Shown here: piece by piece, positions 1 through 11,682 of the stretch
Layout: every line of letters starts with the position of its first letter
Numbering within the stretch: the stretch's first letter is position 1
Origin: Fonticula alba ATCC 38817
Lineage: Eukaryota > Protista > Nucleariida
Strand: one strand, 5' to 3'
DNA length: 44,032 nucleotides
Assembly: GCA_000388065.2 (NCBI GenBank)
Contig: KB932204.1
Notes under the pieces: generated by a model
What the model was told of the DNA's origin: nothing
Database searches by the model: none
What the model saw: the letters and a program-made list of their open reading frames with translations, nothing else
Position numbers and translations under genes: made by a program

Positions 1-939
1 GGGGGGCACCCGGCGCCAGGCGCCTTGTTCCGTCGCCGACCGTTACACTTGTGGGCAGCCTTGTGGGTGGGCTCCTCGGCGTGGTCCCGGCTGCGTCGCA
101 GCCTCGCCATATGCGCCCGACCCCAGGGGGAGAGGCCTGACGACACGAGGGGCGGATAGTTTCGGGCCCGGTGCCTGTGCTCGTTCGTGTGTGTGCGTGT
201 GTGGGCCCGCGGCGCCGAGTGTTGGGGCGCGCGCCCCCGCGCGCAGTCCCGCGCAATACCGAGAGCATGAGCGCGCGCGCGTTGTTCCATGGTTGCGGGG
301 CGACCTTGTCTCAGATCTCCTGTGGGTTACCCCCGCCCGCGCCCCCCCCCCCCCGGTGTTGGTCCTGCCCGCCAGGCAGGGCACTGGCCAGGCCCGGGGG
401 GGGGGGGGGGTGGTCTGTCAAGCCGGCTAGGCCCGGCCCGGGCGCCGGTTGCGCACATCCGTTTGGTGTGCATGCATGTGTGGCTGCTTCCCGGCCGCCC
501 CTCCTGGAGGGCGCACGGGGAGGGCCATGAACCGGGCCGGCGGGGCGTGCTGCTTGCCACCTTCCCTGCCCATGCCCGGGCGGGCGGCTGGCTTGGATCT
601 CGCAAGGGTGCTTGCCAAGGCCCGGGCCGGTCTCGATCGCGCTCGGCCGCTCCCGCCTCGGCGCCCGGACTTGTGCCTGCGCTAGATGCTCCCGGCCAAT
701 GGGGCGATCTTGTTGAGCTGGGCATTGGGTACGGTAACAGGCAGCTGGTCGGGCCGGGCTTTCATGCCGCTGATCGGCCTCGGCCACGCCCCCCCCCCAG
801 ACCCACGCAGCGACGACAGCCCCCCCCCCCCCCGGCCAGGCTAGGCAAATGCCCGGTCCTCAGGCCCTCGGTCTCCCTGTTCCATGGTCGTGGGCCTGAA
901 GCCCTTGTCCTTCCAGCGAGAGGGTATGTCGCCTGCTTC

Positions 940-941
<2 letters not shown>

Positions 942-979
<38 letters not shown>
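942..979. repeat. (TG)n microsatellite
   Basis: Uninterrupted TG dinucleotide run read directly from the sequence. Confidence 0.95.
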
Positions 980-981
<2 letters not shown>

Positions 982-1244
982 GGCTGGTCGCCCTCCCCCC
1001 GCGCCGGGCGCTCGCCCGGGACACCCAGCACGCGTCTTGACTGGCAGGCGGAGAGGTATGGTGGTGGGGGGGGGGGGCGGGGGGGCGGGGGCGAATCCCG
1101 ATGCTGCAGCCCGGGCGGTGGGCATGCCGGCAGGGTTCGAGCTCCATGTTGAACTTGGGTCTGCTGCCTCCAGCACCTGCTGGCCGTGCTGAACGCCAGT
1201 TTGATGCCCCAACCTCCCGGTCCTCGGGCGCCTCCGCGGCCACC

Positions 1245-1251
1245 TATATAA
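1245..1251 (+). promoter_or_regulatory. Probable TATA box (TATATAA) of the acidic-protein gene
   Basis: cacc-TATATAA-gggag in a very GC-rich background, about 115 nt upstream of ATG 1365 and followed by a pyrimidine-rich leader. Confidence 0.55.
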
Positions 1252-1364
1252 GGGAGCGCCGACTCGGTCCCCAGTGCCCCGCCTTTTGGCACGAATGCCA
1301 TCATTTGGTTTGAACATCCCCCTTCTTCCCCATACTTCTCTCTTCTCCTCCCCTACTTGCCACC

Positions 1365-1784
1365 ATGTCTGCCGAGATCATTGCCGAGACCCCCGTTGTC
1401 GCCGCCACCACCACCGTCGAGGAGGTCGTCCCCGCCGTCGAGGAGGTTGCCACCACCGTCGAGGAGGTTACCCCCGCTGTGGAGAAGGTTGCTGAGGAGG
1501 CCACCCCCGCCGTCGCCGAGGAGGCCACTCCCGCCGTCACCGAGGAGACCCCCGCTGCCGAGGAGGACACCTCCAACAAGCGCAAGCTCGAGGAGGTCGA
1601 GGAGACCCCTGCTGAGGAGTCCACCGAGACCAAGCGTGCCAAGGTCGACGAGGAGACTCCTGCCGCCACCGAGTCTGCCGCCACCGAGTCTGCCGCCCCT
1701 GAGGCCGCTGCCGAGCCCGAGAAGGCTGTCGAGGCCCCCGTCGAGGCCCCCGTCGAGGCTGAGGTTGAGGCTGCCACCGCCTAA
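1365..1784 (+). CDS. 139-aa acidic Glu/Ala/Thr/Val-rich intrinsically disordered protein with a putative bipartite NLS; function unknown
   Basis: ATG in ccaccATGt context and TAA stop; very strong codon bias (GAG, GCC, ACC, GTC, CCC) typical of highly expressed genes; internal repeats (TTVEEV, AEEATPAV, ATESA, EAPV); KRK...KRAK motif. Confidence 0.8.
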   Translation: MSAEIIAETPVVAATTTVEEVVPAVEEVATTVEEVTPAVEKVAEEATPAVAEEATPAVTEETPAAEEDTSNKRKLEEVEETPAEESTETKRAKVDEETPAATESAATESAAPEAAAEPEKAVEAPVEAPVEAEVEAATA

Positions 1785-1983
1785 GTAGGAGGCCCCTCCC
1801 CCTCCCCCCTCCCCCTCTCCCTCTCCATTCCATGTCCTTGAGTGGTTCGTGCCGCCTCCCTCCCCCCTCCCCCCAAGAATGCGCGCAGCCGTCCCCATCC
1901 CGAAATATAGTCCCCCTCAAACTTCCTCCCTTTTCGTGTCCTTGCCCTTCCGAGTGCACATAACCGCCGCTGCCAGTCGTGTG

Positions 1984-2020
<37 letters not shown>

Positions 2021-2622
2021 GTCTCTGTATATATTTGCACTCGGGTATGAGGGAACCACGCCTTTCTCCCCCTCCCCCCCCCTTAATGCCAGGAGAGCAC
2101 TCGCATGGCGTTTACTCCCCCACCTGTCTCCTCTTCTTTCGCTAACCTTTGCTTCGGTGGCAAAGGATTGGCGTCCAGGGAGAGGTGGTGGTAGTGATGG
2201 TGGTGGTGGTGGTGGAGGAATGGTTCACCCCTATTGGTGATGATCAGTGGGGAGCGCCCGTTCGATTGCACTGGAGGCGATGGGAGCTTCCTCCGGGCTG
2301 CTTGCTCCAACAAAGACATCGGTACCCCCGACCTGTTTTGTTGGCTTCCCCTCCGAAGAAAGGCAGGCAAAGAAAGAGGCATACACAAGGCCCTATGTAA
2401 ATGTTTTTCTTTCTGATCGTTCGGTCTTGTATTTGGGCCAATTCTCCGCCTCTCTCCCTGTGTATGTGTGTGTGTCTCTCTCTCTCTTCCTCTCTTTTCT
2501 GTCTCCCTCCCCCCTCTGTCTCTTTGACACATGAAGTACCGGGATGCTGTGACATGCAGCAGCAACAGCAGCAGCAGCAGCAGCAGCAGAGAGGGAGAGA
2601 GCAGGGGGTAGGGTGAACAACC

Positions 2623-4431
2623 TTACCGCGGGAGAACAAGGTACGGGCAGATAGACTCGGCGAGCTGGCGGCTGGCAGCAGCGACCACCTGTCGCGACCC
2701 AAGGTCGAAGGGTCCCACCCGGTCGGGGTGCTGGTCGCTGGCCGGCGACCCGGCATGGCGGCCAGTGAAGTCGCACACATAGCCACCGGCCTCCTCGACA
2801 ATGACCTGTCCTGCGGCGAAGTCCTGCAAGGAGGCAAGAAGGAAGGGAGGAAAAGGGGGAGCAAGGGCGCATGTGTCAGAGGCGATGTCGAATGCACCTG
2901 GGACAAGGGAGCCCAAGTGGGAGCCGGGACTCGCGAGCGAGAAAGGCCCAACGAGGTCACATTTGTGTACATACCCACTCACGGGGACCAGCCTCGAAGT
3001 ACATGTCCAGACGCCCACAGGCCACGTAGCACATGTCCAGTGCGGCGGCACCGGCGCGGCGGACATCTCGACCGAGAACAAGCGCCGCGCGCAGGTTCCA
3101 CAGGGCCGAATCGATGGCCGGACTGCTGGGGAGACTGGGCAGCCCGGGGGCAGGCGGAGCGGCCGAACCCACCCCAGGAGGAGCCATTGCGATGGCCGAC
3201 ACGTCGGCGGCCGTGGTGGTGGTAGGCAGAGCAGGCCCCCCCCGACCGCCCCCCGGCAGGGCATGAGCCTGGTATCTGGGAGTTGGGGTGAGTTGAGAGG
3301 GAGAGCAGCGAACAGGAAGGAAGGAAGGAAAGAAGGCAAGGGGGTCTCTTGAAGTAGATCCGAGCTGATGCATGGGTGGCCGGACGTACTGGCCAGAGGC
3401 GCGCTCCTCGCCAACGATGTACGCATGGAACCCGGTGGAAATGAGCGACCGGTCTGCCAATGGAGGGGACACCGCAGTTAGGAGGGGGAAGCTCCCTGGG
3501 CGAGCACTTGACAATCGAGGGAGACGCACGGATGTCAACGGAGCCGCTCACACGAATGGGGCAGCCGTTGAGGAAGGCGCCACGGCCGCGCTCGGCCGTA
3601 AACAACTCATCCTATCACATTCGGGTATGGATGCCATGTTGAAAGAGGGAGGGACGTGGGGAAAATAAAGAGGGGGCGGGGGGGGGGGGGGGGAAAGGCA
3701 TGAGGGCGTGGGACAAGAAAGAGGAGGCAGGAGGATGGATCGGATACAGGCGTCGGCAGATCACCGCAGATGGTCCAGGACACGCACCAGAGCGGGCGCA
3801 TAGACAGCGCCAAGCAGAACAGTCTTGCCACGGGCAAAGCCGATCGACACGCAGGTGAAGGGGAACCCATGGGCGAAGTTGGTTGTCCCGTCGACCTGAA
3901 AGACCAAAAGTCGGGACCCCCGGTGGACCGGGTGGGCAACATGCTGCATTAGAAAGGGCCGGAGGACAAAAGGGTTGTTGGAGGGATCCCGACACGCACC
4001 GGGTCGATAATCCAGGTGGGAGCATCGGTCAGGGTGGACTCCTCGGTGGAGCTCTCCTCGGCCAGGATGGCGTGTGCGCCGGGGCCGGTAGCCGGGAAGC
4101 GGGCACGGATGCGCGAGATAATTAGCCGCTCAACTGCCTTGTCGGTCTCCGTGACCAGGTCATTGCCCGAGGTCTTCGAAGCGGCCAGTGACCGGCCGCC
4201 ATCATCGCCAACGGATCCGCCGAAGGCGCCGAGTGCCGAGGGCGATAGAGCCTTGCGGATGAGGGAGCCCGCCTCACGAGCAAGGAGAGCCACGTCGGCC
4301 AGAGAAGGGTCCCCCGGCTGGAGGGTGAAGGGCTGAAGCAATGGGTCAGAGGCTGGCGTGGAAGTGTGGAGCGCGGGTCGGGGAGGGGGGCGGGGGGACC
4401 GGTACTGATCTCAGTGACATACAATCGCCAT
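2623..4431 (-). CDS. IMPA: Inositol monophosphatase (IMPase/SuhB family), multi-exon
   Basis: Spliced exons give [21 protein letters not shown]|[47 protein letters not shown]|[14 protein letters not shown]. Start modelled as ATG GCG ATT at 4431, then intron GTATGT 4422..4318 (CAG), in frame with PGDPSL. TAA at 2623-2625. Confidence 0.92.
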
Positions 4432-5172
4432 GGTGGGATAAAGCAGAGAGAACGGAGTGGGGGAGGGGGGGAGAGGTGGAGGGTGACAAGGAGTATGCGC
4501 GCTGGTGTGCTGGGGACTTGCGTAAGCTCATCAACCCCAGAGGAGACCCTGATCAGGCCCGAGGGGCAGGATGACGGGCAGCGTTGGTTCCTGCTCCGGA
4601 AGGACGGGGCAAGGAGTCAGATGCTGGGGGGGGGGGGGGGGGGCAACTCCGAACACACAGACAGGTCCGGATCGCGAGATCCGCCCTCTCTCACTTCAGA
4701 AGAACATTAGGACCGCGCGGATCGGTAAGTTGGGATCCTGTTTGGGCCTGCTCCGGGCGGGACGTGCAGCAGGCGGCAAAGGATGTCCTACGCGATAGCT
4801 TTTCCGCCTGTCTCTGGTGGCCCGCAGAGGCAGATACAGAGAAAGGGCACGCAATTTTCTTTCCCTCGTTGGGAGGGGAAAAAGAACCACACACATATCA
4901 CCCCCCTCAGCCCTATTCACATGATTCGGCATTGATCGGCCTCGCGCGGATCTCTCCCCCCCCCCCCTCCCGGCAGACGCCCCCGGGCAAAGAGCACGGG
5001 GGCGGCCGGGGCCCGATTCATGAGTCACCTCCGGTAGGCCGACCTGGCCAGGACCATCTACGCGCGGCTTCCCACATCCCCCTCTCGCCCCTTCCATCCT
5101 TCCGGTCCTATTTTTGTCTCCTGTTCCCCCTTTCTCAGCCGCCCCCCCCCCCCCCCCCGGCCCCCCTCCGCC

Positions 5173-6017
5173 ATGTCGAATGGCCAGCCCCAGTTGCGTC
5201 AGCAGCGAGACGCTGTGCACCGGATAAACTTCCTTGAGCAGGCGTCGCGCCTCTTTTTGAATGGGCCGAACGAGGGTGCGTTTGTGCTGCCATCTCGACC
5301 ATCCTTCTTCCTTCTCCCACCCTCTTTCTATCCTTTCGCCTCTTTTTACCCCGTCATGAGATGGTTGTCCAAATGCATCTAACCAGATCCCTCGACTTAC
5401 ACCAGTTCCGAGCGCGCCGGCCTTCAAATTTGGGCGAGATCTCCTCTCTGTTTCACAGCGGGCAGTCCTGCGAATGTGTGTGTCTTTGTCCCCTTCCCTC
5501 CTTCCCCCCTTCCTCCTCTCGCCTGACACTTTCCCCTGCCACCAGCGACCCCACCTTGAAGCGATCTGTCTGCAAGGGCTGTCGTGCGCCCTTTGACATT
5601 GCCTCGACCCTGCGTGTGCGCGTCCGCCGGGCCGGAAAGAAGCGGCGCAAGTCACGGCCAAGCGTTGGGGCTCCCCTTGGCGCCGAGAGACCGCCTGCCC
5701 CGGCTGGGAGGTCAGATGAAAAGAATGACTCGACGCCTGTCGACGATCAGCATACTGATGACCCCGCAGTCGCAACTTCCTCCACCACCGGGGGAGCGAG
5801 CTGCCTCGGGACAAAGCCTCACCGTGGCACTGGCAGCCAGGCGCCAGTCCCACGACCTCCGCCTCCGCCGCCACTCAGGCTGATCACCAGCTGCAAGACT
5901 TGTGGCCATGTGTCTCGGCGCATGGGTCTCGTGGATGCCAAGGGCCAGGAGGTCCCTGCTTCCCGGCATGGCTTCTTCTCCGAGCGTTTCCCCACGGCCA
6001 CCGATGATGCGCGGTAG
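5173..6017 (+). CDS. RPP21: RNase P protein subunit Rpp21/Rpr2 (zinc ribbon), 3 exons
   Basis: HRINFLEQAS (Rpr2 N-terminal helix), FGRDLLSVSQRAVLRI|DPTLKRSVCKGC and ITSCKTCGH (CxxC...CxxC); GT-AG introns near 5275-5386 and 5476-5545. Confidence 0.85.
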
Positions 6018-6340
6018 AGTTCGGCCGTCGTTTGGTGCTTCTCGTTGTGCGTTTGGACACGGGAGGGGCGGGGGGTATCACGCAAGCCGGCTTCATGAAT
6101 ACACCCTCCGCCGCTTTCCCCCTGGCCACACTTGCATGGTCGCGGGGTGGAGCGTTCCTTTTCTTTTTCTTTTCTTCGGATGAAACATATCTATTTATGA
6201 GGCACACACACACATATATGTGTGTGTGTGTGTGTGTACAGTGGTATTGGGCGATGGGAGCAAAAAAAGAGCGAGATAGAAAGAGAGGATCATCGAGTGG
6301 CATGTTCCACCAGGAAGGTGGACAGGCCAGCGAAATCCAA

Positions 6341-9300
6341 CTAAACATTACCAGGCCGTGGGCGGAATTCTTGGCCATATTGGCGCTGCCCGCCGAAAGT
6401 ATGTCCAGCCCGGTGGTGCTGATACTGCCCACCGGCCGAGTATGCCTGATACTGCGGCGGCATGCCAAGGAGGTTGTCAGTCAAGAAGCGCCATACCCCG
6501 GCCAGCATGCCGAAGGACAGATACAGCACCAGCGTGGCAACAACCATGGCCAGAGCCAGGCGCAAGGGCCGGGCCAGAGGCCGAAGGTGCACCCGCGGGC
6601 TGTACCCCGTGCCCTCCAGTAGCCAGCGCAGCCAGTAGCCCAGCCAGGCTGCCAGGAACTCAAGGACAAAGACCAAGACCGGGTGCTCGCCGACAGCCGG
6701 CTCCGGGGAGGGAGCCCACACCGGCTGCCCGGCAATGGTAGCCACCAGGATGAGACCACCAGCTGGCGCCTTGCGCGCAACATCCAGCAGCTGCCCAAAC
6801 CCAGCCATTAGACCGGCTGTTGGGGGGATGACACCAGCCAGGCCCGGCCGGGTGACGGCATGCCCGGGATGGCAGTAGGAGATGGTGGCACTGCCGGTGG
6901 CCGGTGCCTCAAGTGCCACGCCAGGGTCGGCCCAGGGAGCGAAGTTGGCTGGGAGCGGTTCGGTGCTGGTGCCCGCCAGGGTGCGAGACAGCGAAGGCAC
7001 CGCACCACCGACCACATCGCGATTGGAGAACTTCAACTTGCCAAGACGCGCGCGCTCCATGGCCCATGAGGGGATCTGACCGGTGGCTGGATCGGCCGTG
7101 GCATATACCGCAGGAGGCCGGGCCTGTTGCTGTGCCTGCTGCTGCGCCTGCTGCAGGAGAGCCAGCTGGTCGAAGGGCCCGGCGCCCAGGCCACCAGACC
7201 CGGGCATACCGGCTGGTGCCCCGGCGCGAGCCTCCTCCTCAGGATCCGGAGGAGCCAAGCCGGCAAACAGCGTACGCAGCTGGTACTCCGCCTCGACAAT
7301 GTACTCGTGGCGACGCTGGTCGGCCTCGGCCGGGCCTTGTGGCGCGGTGGTGGCCGACATCGCGGGGGTGGCAGCGGCAGCCATGGCGCCCGAGGCAGTG
7401 CCAGAGCCCGCGGCCGGGTCGGCTGCACTGAGCCCGGCAGCCAAGCCACCAAGGCGCCGACGGCCAGGAAGCACAGCCGGTCGGCGAGTGACCAGGCCAC
7501 GGGCCTCGCCAGCGCGAAGGATTGCATGCAGCATGGACCGGAGATGCTCGACAGCTGGCTGACGCTCGGCCGTGTAGAATGGCACCACCAGGCGAATCGT
7601 TTCATCGGTGTCCAGAGCACCAGGATCACCGCGGGCGACGGCCGGCGTCAGGGCATGACCGGCCCGGAGGCGGAGCTGCTCGTGATGCAGCTGCCAGGCC
7701 CGCTGAACAGTGGCCACCTCGGCCTGAGTGATCGCCCGCTGCAGGGCCAGGTCGCTGCCGAGTTCATGCGCCCAGATGGCCAGGCGCTGAGGATCACTCC
7801 CTGGAGCGGCGGCAGCGGCGGCCGTGTGCATCGGCGGCGTGGCGATCAAGTGGTTGAGCGACTGGGAGGCCAAGAAATCCCGGGCAATGCGGGTGTACAG
7901 GGCCAGGTGCCGGAAGACATAATTGTACCAGATGGGTGACAGTTGCTGTGGTTGTTGATGCTGCTGCTGCTGCTGCTGCTGCTGGGTCACGGTGTCGGAT
8001 CCCGCAGCCGATGCAGCCGGGGCGGTATAGCGCCAGGGCCGCAAGAGCGAAATCCAAACCGAGAAGAGTTGCTGGAAAATACGATCCACAGCGGCGGCAT
8101 TGGCCTCGATGCTGGGAGAGACCACACCGCCAGTCGAGGACAAGCCAAGGCCATGTCCAGGGCCAAGGGCGGAGAAGGACCCAGCCCCGCGACCGGCCAT
8201 GGTTCCTGCGAAAGTCCCATGGTGCAGGCCCATCCCCGGGGCCCCGAGGCCAGTTGGGCCAGTTGGAGCTGCCATGCGGCCGTAATTCCGCGCCACAGCT
8301 CGAATGGCAAAGCAGCTGCCAATCAGCTCACCGGTGCGCAGCCAGGCCGCACTGAGCCACGTCTCCTCCGGGATGTGCAAGGTCCCAAGCTGGGCCACCC
8401 GGGCGTGGTAAAAGTTGGTCGTGTGCAGGACAAAGAGCGGCAGCAGCTGCGCCAGCAGCGGGGTCGGCACGATGAAGTCGCGCGGTGGCGGGAGGGTCAG
8501 CTGGTCGGTGCCCAGAGCCGGAGCGGCGGCGGTCGAACGCGTAGTTGCCGGCAGCCTGGCCGCCGCATCACCAGCAAAGTCCAGCGCAAAGGCCACACCG
8601 GGCCGAGAGATTGGCCCCGCAGCCAGGGCCGTATGCACCGGATCCCGGAGGGTGTTCTGGCCAACCCAAAGCTCGGTCAGCGATCCGAGGAAGAACTCCA
8701 CCATGTGCTGGACCTCGCCGGGATGGCTGCGGAACTCCCTGAGCAGGGCAAGGTGCGCAGGTGGGTAGGCAAAGCGGGTACACGCGGGTCGGGGGAGGTT
8801 AGCAGGATAGTTGGCAAGGGGGAAAGAGGGAAGGGAAGGAGGAAAGAAGCCCCGGAGAAGGAAGAGCAGCAAAGACAGTGGGGGGGGGGGGGGGGTGTTG
8901 CCAATGGCTGCACGCTCGACGCACTGGATGCTATGGATATTGGCACGGGAGGCTTCGACCGAGCCAGCCACAGGCAGCATGAAGGCCAGGTACTCCCGAA
9001 TGAGGGTGTAATAGATCTGACTGACATTGGAAGTCGGAGTGCCAGACATGCCCGGGATTGCCGGCACACCGGGGGGCTTGGCCCCGCCGGTCCAACCGGA
9101 CGAGAAGTCCATGTAACTCTCGAGGCGCTCGCGCACCTCGGCCGCCTGGAACATCATGCGATCCACCACCGACGAGAGGGCGCCGCCAGTTTGAGGGGCC
9201 TGGCGATATGGCTGCTGGGGCATCTGCTGCTGTGGCTGCTGGTACTGGTACGGATACTGCTGGAAGCCAGATGACTGGCCATAGCCGGCACCGTAAGGGG

Positions 9301-10705
9301 AGTGCCGAGGGAGGATGGCATGGTACAGAAGATAGTAGATGAAAAACTGGAAAATGTCTAAACGTTTGCAGGGTGAGAGGATCGAATGTGAGTAATTGGG
9401 CGATGTGACGGGGCGCCCGGTGTATATGCGTGCATGTGTGTGCGTGTGTGTTTGTGCGACGAACTCAAATGCACCCGGTTCTGGCCGGGGGTATGGAACA
9501 TCCGGAAGAAGCCCCGCGTGCTGCCAGTGTGGCTGATCTCCTGGCGGACGGAGTACTATGGGCAAACATAGGGGTGGCAAGGGGAGGGCGTATGTCAGGG
9601 CAAGATCCCAGGAAGGCAGGCGGAGAGGACGAATGCCGGACATACCGGGAGCTTATCGGTATGGATCTCATAGAGTGCGGCACCGGAGTGAGAGATATGT
9701 TGCTGGCCGGATGGAGGGGCATCCGGGTCGGAAGACAAAGCCGAGCCCCCGAGGCCCCCAGCCGAGTTCAGGTGCTGGCTGAGAATGACACGGAAGAGGG
9801 GCCCCGAAGGGAGCAGCAGCAGCAGCAGGCCATGCGTCTCGCTGGGCGAGAGGGCATGGTCCAGCAGAGCACTGAAAGGGACACACATACACACCCATCC
9901 CCACAGGCATGGGCGGGTATGTCCAAAGGAGGATGCAAAGGGAGAAAGAGAGAGGTGAGTACCAGGACTTCGAGAGGGGGAAAGAGGCTGGCGCAAATGT
10001 AGGCCGGCTTGTATATATATATATGTATATATGTATGTGTGCAGGGTGCGCATGTGTTGACACGTACCGCCGAGATTCAGTGCCAAACAGCGTCCCCAGG
10101 AGGCGAGGGAGAAAGCGCTGGAAGTCGGACGCGTCCTCCGACCGATTGAGGAGCTGCAGCATGGGCAACCACAGGATGCGGCACGGCTGGTGGTCAGGAT
10201 TCCAAGAGGGGGAGACTCCATGCATGAGCTCTCGTTTGGGAGGTGGATGATAGAGGACGCACACGCTGGAGGTAGGCACCAAGCTCCGACGTAAAGTCGG
10301 TGGTATTGTACTGGAGGAGGGCCTCGAGGGTCTTCATGGCCGGCGGTGGTCCCGGCCCGTGGTCGACCAGGTAGCGGGGTTTGAGCCCAGAGAAGGGATC
10401 GTGACGAAGGAGGGAGGGGGAGGTAGGGGAAGAGAAGGGGAAGGAGGGAAAAGGCTTGAGGCGGTGTTGGAGTGAAGGGTGAAGGGAGAGGGAGAGAACA
10501 GTAGGAGGGGGAGTAGAAGAGGGAAGGAAAGCAAGATGATTTGCGGCTGGATTGAAGGCGCCTTTTGGTGGGTAGGGTTTTTTCCCCCCCCCCCCCCCCT
10601 CCCCCCCCCCCCCCCCCCCCCGTCTTTCCCTCACATGCACATGCACATGCACACGCACGCAGCCCAGACGCGACGAGAGCATGGCAGGAGGTACTCCTCG
10701 AACAT
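6341..10705 (-). CDS. SMPD4: SMPD4 (sphingomyelin phosphodiesterase 4 / neutral sphingomyelinase-3)-like membrane protein; multi-exon, 5' end approximate
   Basis: Motifs in the SMPD4 order recalled from the human protein: FLPRLLGTLFG (cf. FPWLVESIFG), LLLPSGPLFRVI...YEIHTDKLP (cf. FLDPGGPMMKLV...FPVSYLP), FQFFIYY, LTELWVGQN, LLRPWRY, WYNYVFRHLALYTRI, and C-terminal HLRPLA followed by a hydrophobic TM segment. Stop at 6341. Confidence 0.68.
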
Positions 10706-11682
10706 CCCGAGCCCGGCGGGTCTAGTGTGTGGCTGCGTGGGGTCGTGTTTGTGTGCGCGAAGTGTGTCAAGGGTGGAAAGTGTGTCGGATGAGCATTGGA
10801 GGCACAGTAAATCGGCGTGTTGGTGTGTGGCCGTATGCGGGACAACGGCGCGTGTGCGCCGGCACGCCATCCCCCCTGCGGGCCGGTGGCGGGAAGCCAG
10901 CCTCCGCCCCTTCAGTTGGGATCTCCATGTGAGTGGCGGACGGCATTCTGCCTTTGCAGATCAGAGATATGGACCAGCCTACTTACGGGCTGCACGTGTT
11001 AGTGATGTCCCGTGGTGAAACCGGCCATTTGCCGAGCACGCTCCAGAGCCAGTGTTGCCGAGGATTCGGCTTGCGGATTTCCTTTGCCGCTCACCCGGGA
11101 GCAGTGAGTGGCCTCACCATCGGCAGTGGTTCTCCCTGCGCGTTTCGGGGGTGGGGGGGGGGGGGGGGGGGGGGGGAAAAACCCCGGCCCCGGCCCCGGG
11201 GGCCCGGGCCCGGGGGGGGGGGGTTTTTCCCCCCCCCCCCCCCCCCAGGGGGGAACTCCCCCAGGAAATCCCCCCCCCCCCCCGCGCCTCGGCCCCCCAC
11301 GAAGGGGGACCGATCCGCCCGCCGCGGGGGAGGGGGGGGGGAGGTTCTGACGATCGCGTTCTTTGATCAAGGCGGATCGCGGCCCCCCAGACATGTTGCC
11401 CCCGGCACCGAAGTAGACTCTACTATTGGAGGGGCACTTTTCATGGCGGAGGTCTCCATCAAAAGTTGCCCGCCCACTTGTGGTAAGCGGCTCCTTCCAT
11501 ACCACTCCTCACTTCTCCCAGCCTCCCTCCACTTCCCCTGCTCTCTCCCTCTCCCCCTCCCTCTATCGCTCTTCCTCATCTCCTCATCTTTCTGCTCGCG
11601 CCCCCTTCCTCCTCAGCTCGCCGTCGGGCCCGGCCGGGTGTGTGTGTCTGCGTGCACCCCCCTCCATATCCATAGCACGAGA

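Noticed and set aside
2237-2416. Possible C/D snoRNA (GTGATGA at 2237; CTGA near 2413) or U1-like ATTGCACT loop
   Set aside because: The D box is too distant, there is no terminal stem or recognisable rRNA guide, and no U1 5' end (ATACTTACC).
2234-2416. GERPFDC...C/H ORF resembling a C2H2 zinc-finger linker
   Set aside because: No C-X2-4-C-X12-H-X3-H spacing; chance match.
11150-11345. Apparent hairpin G(n)AAAAACCCC...GGGGTTTTTC(n)
   Set aside because: Runs of G/A/C/T following a long poly-G look like base-calling phasing noise; not trusted as a real inverted repeat.
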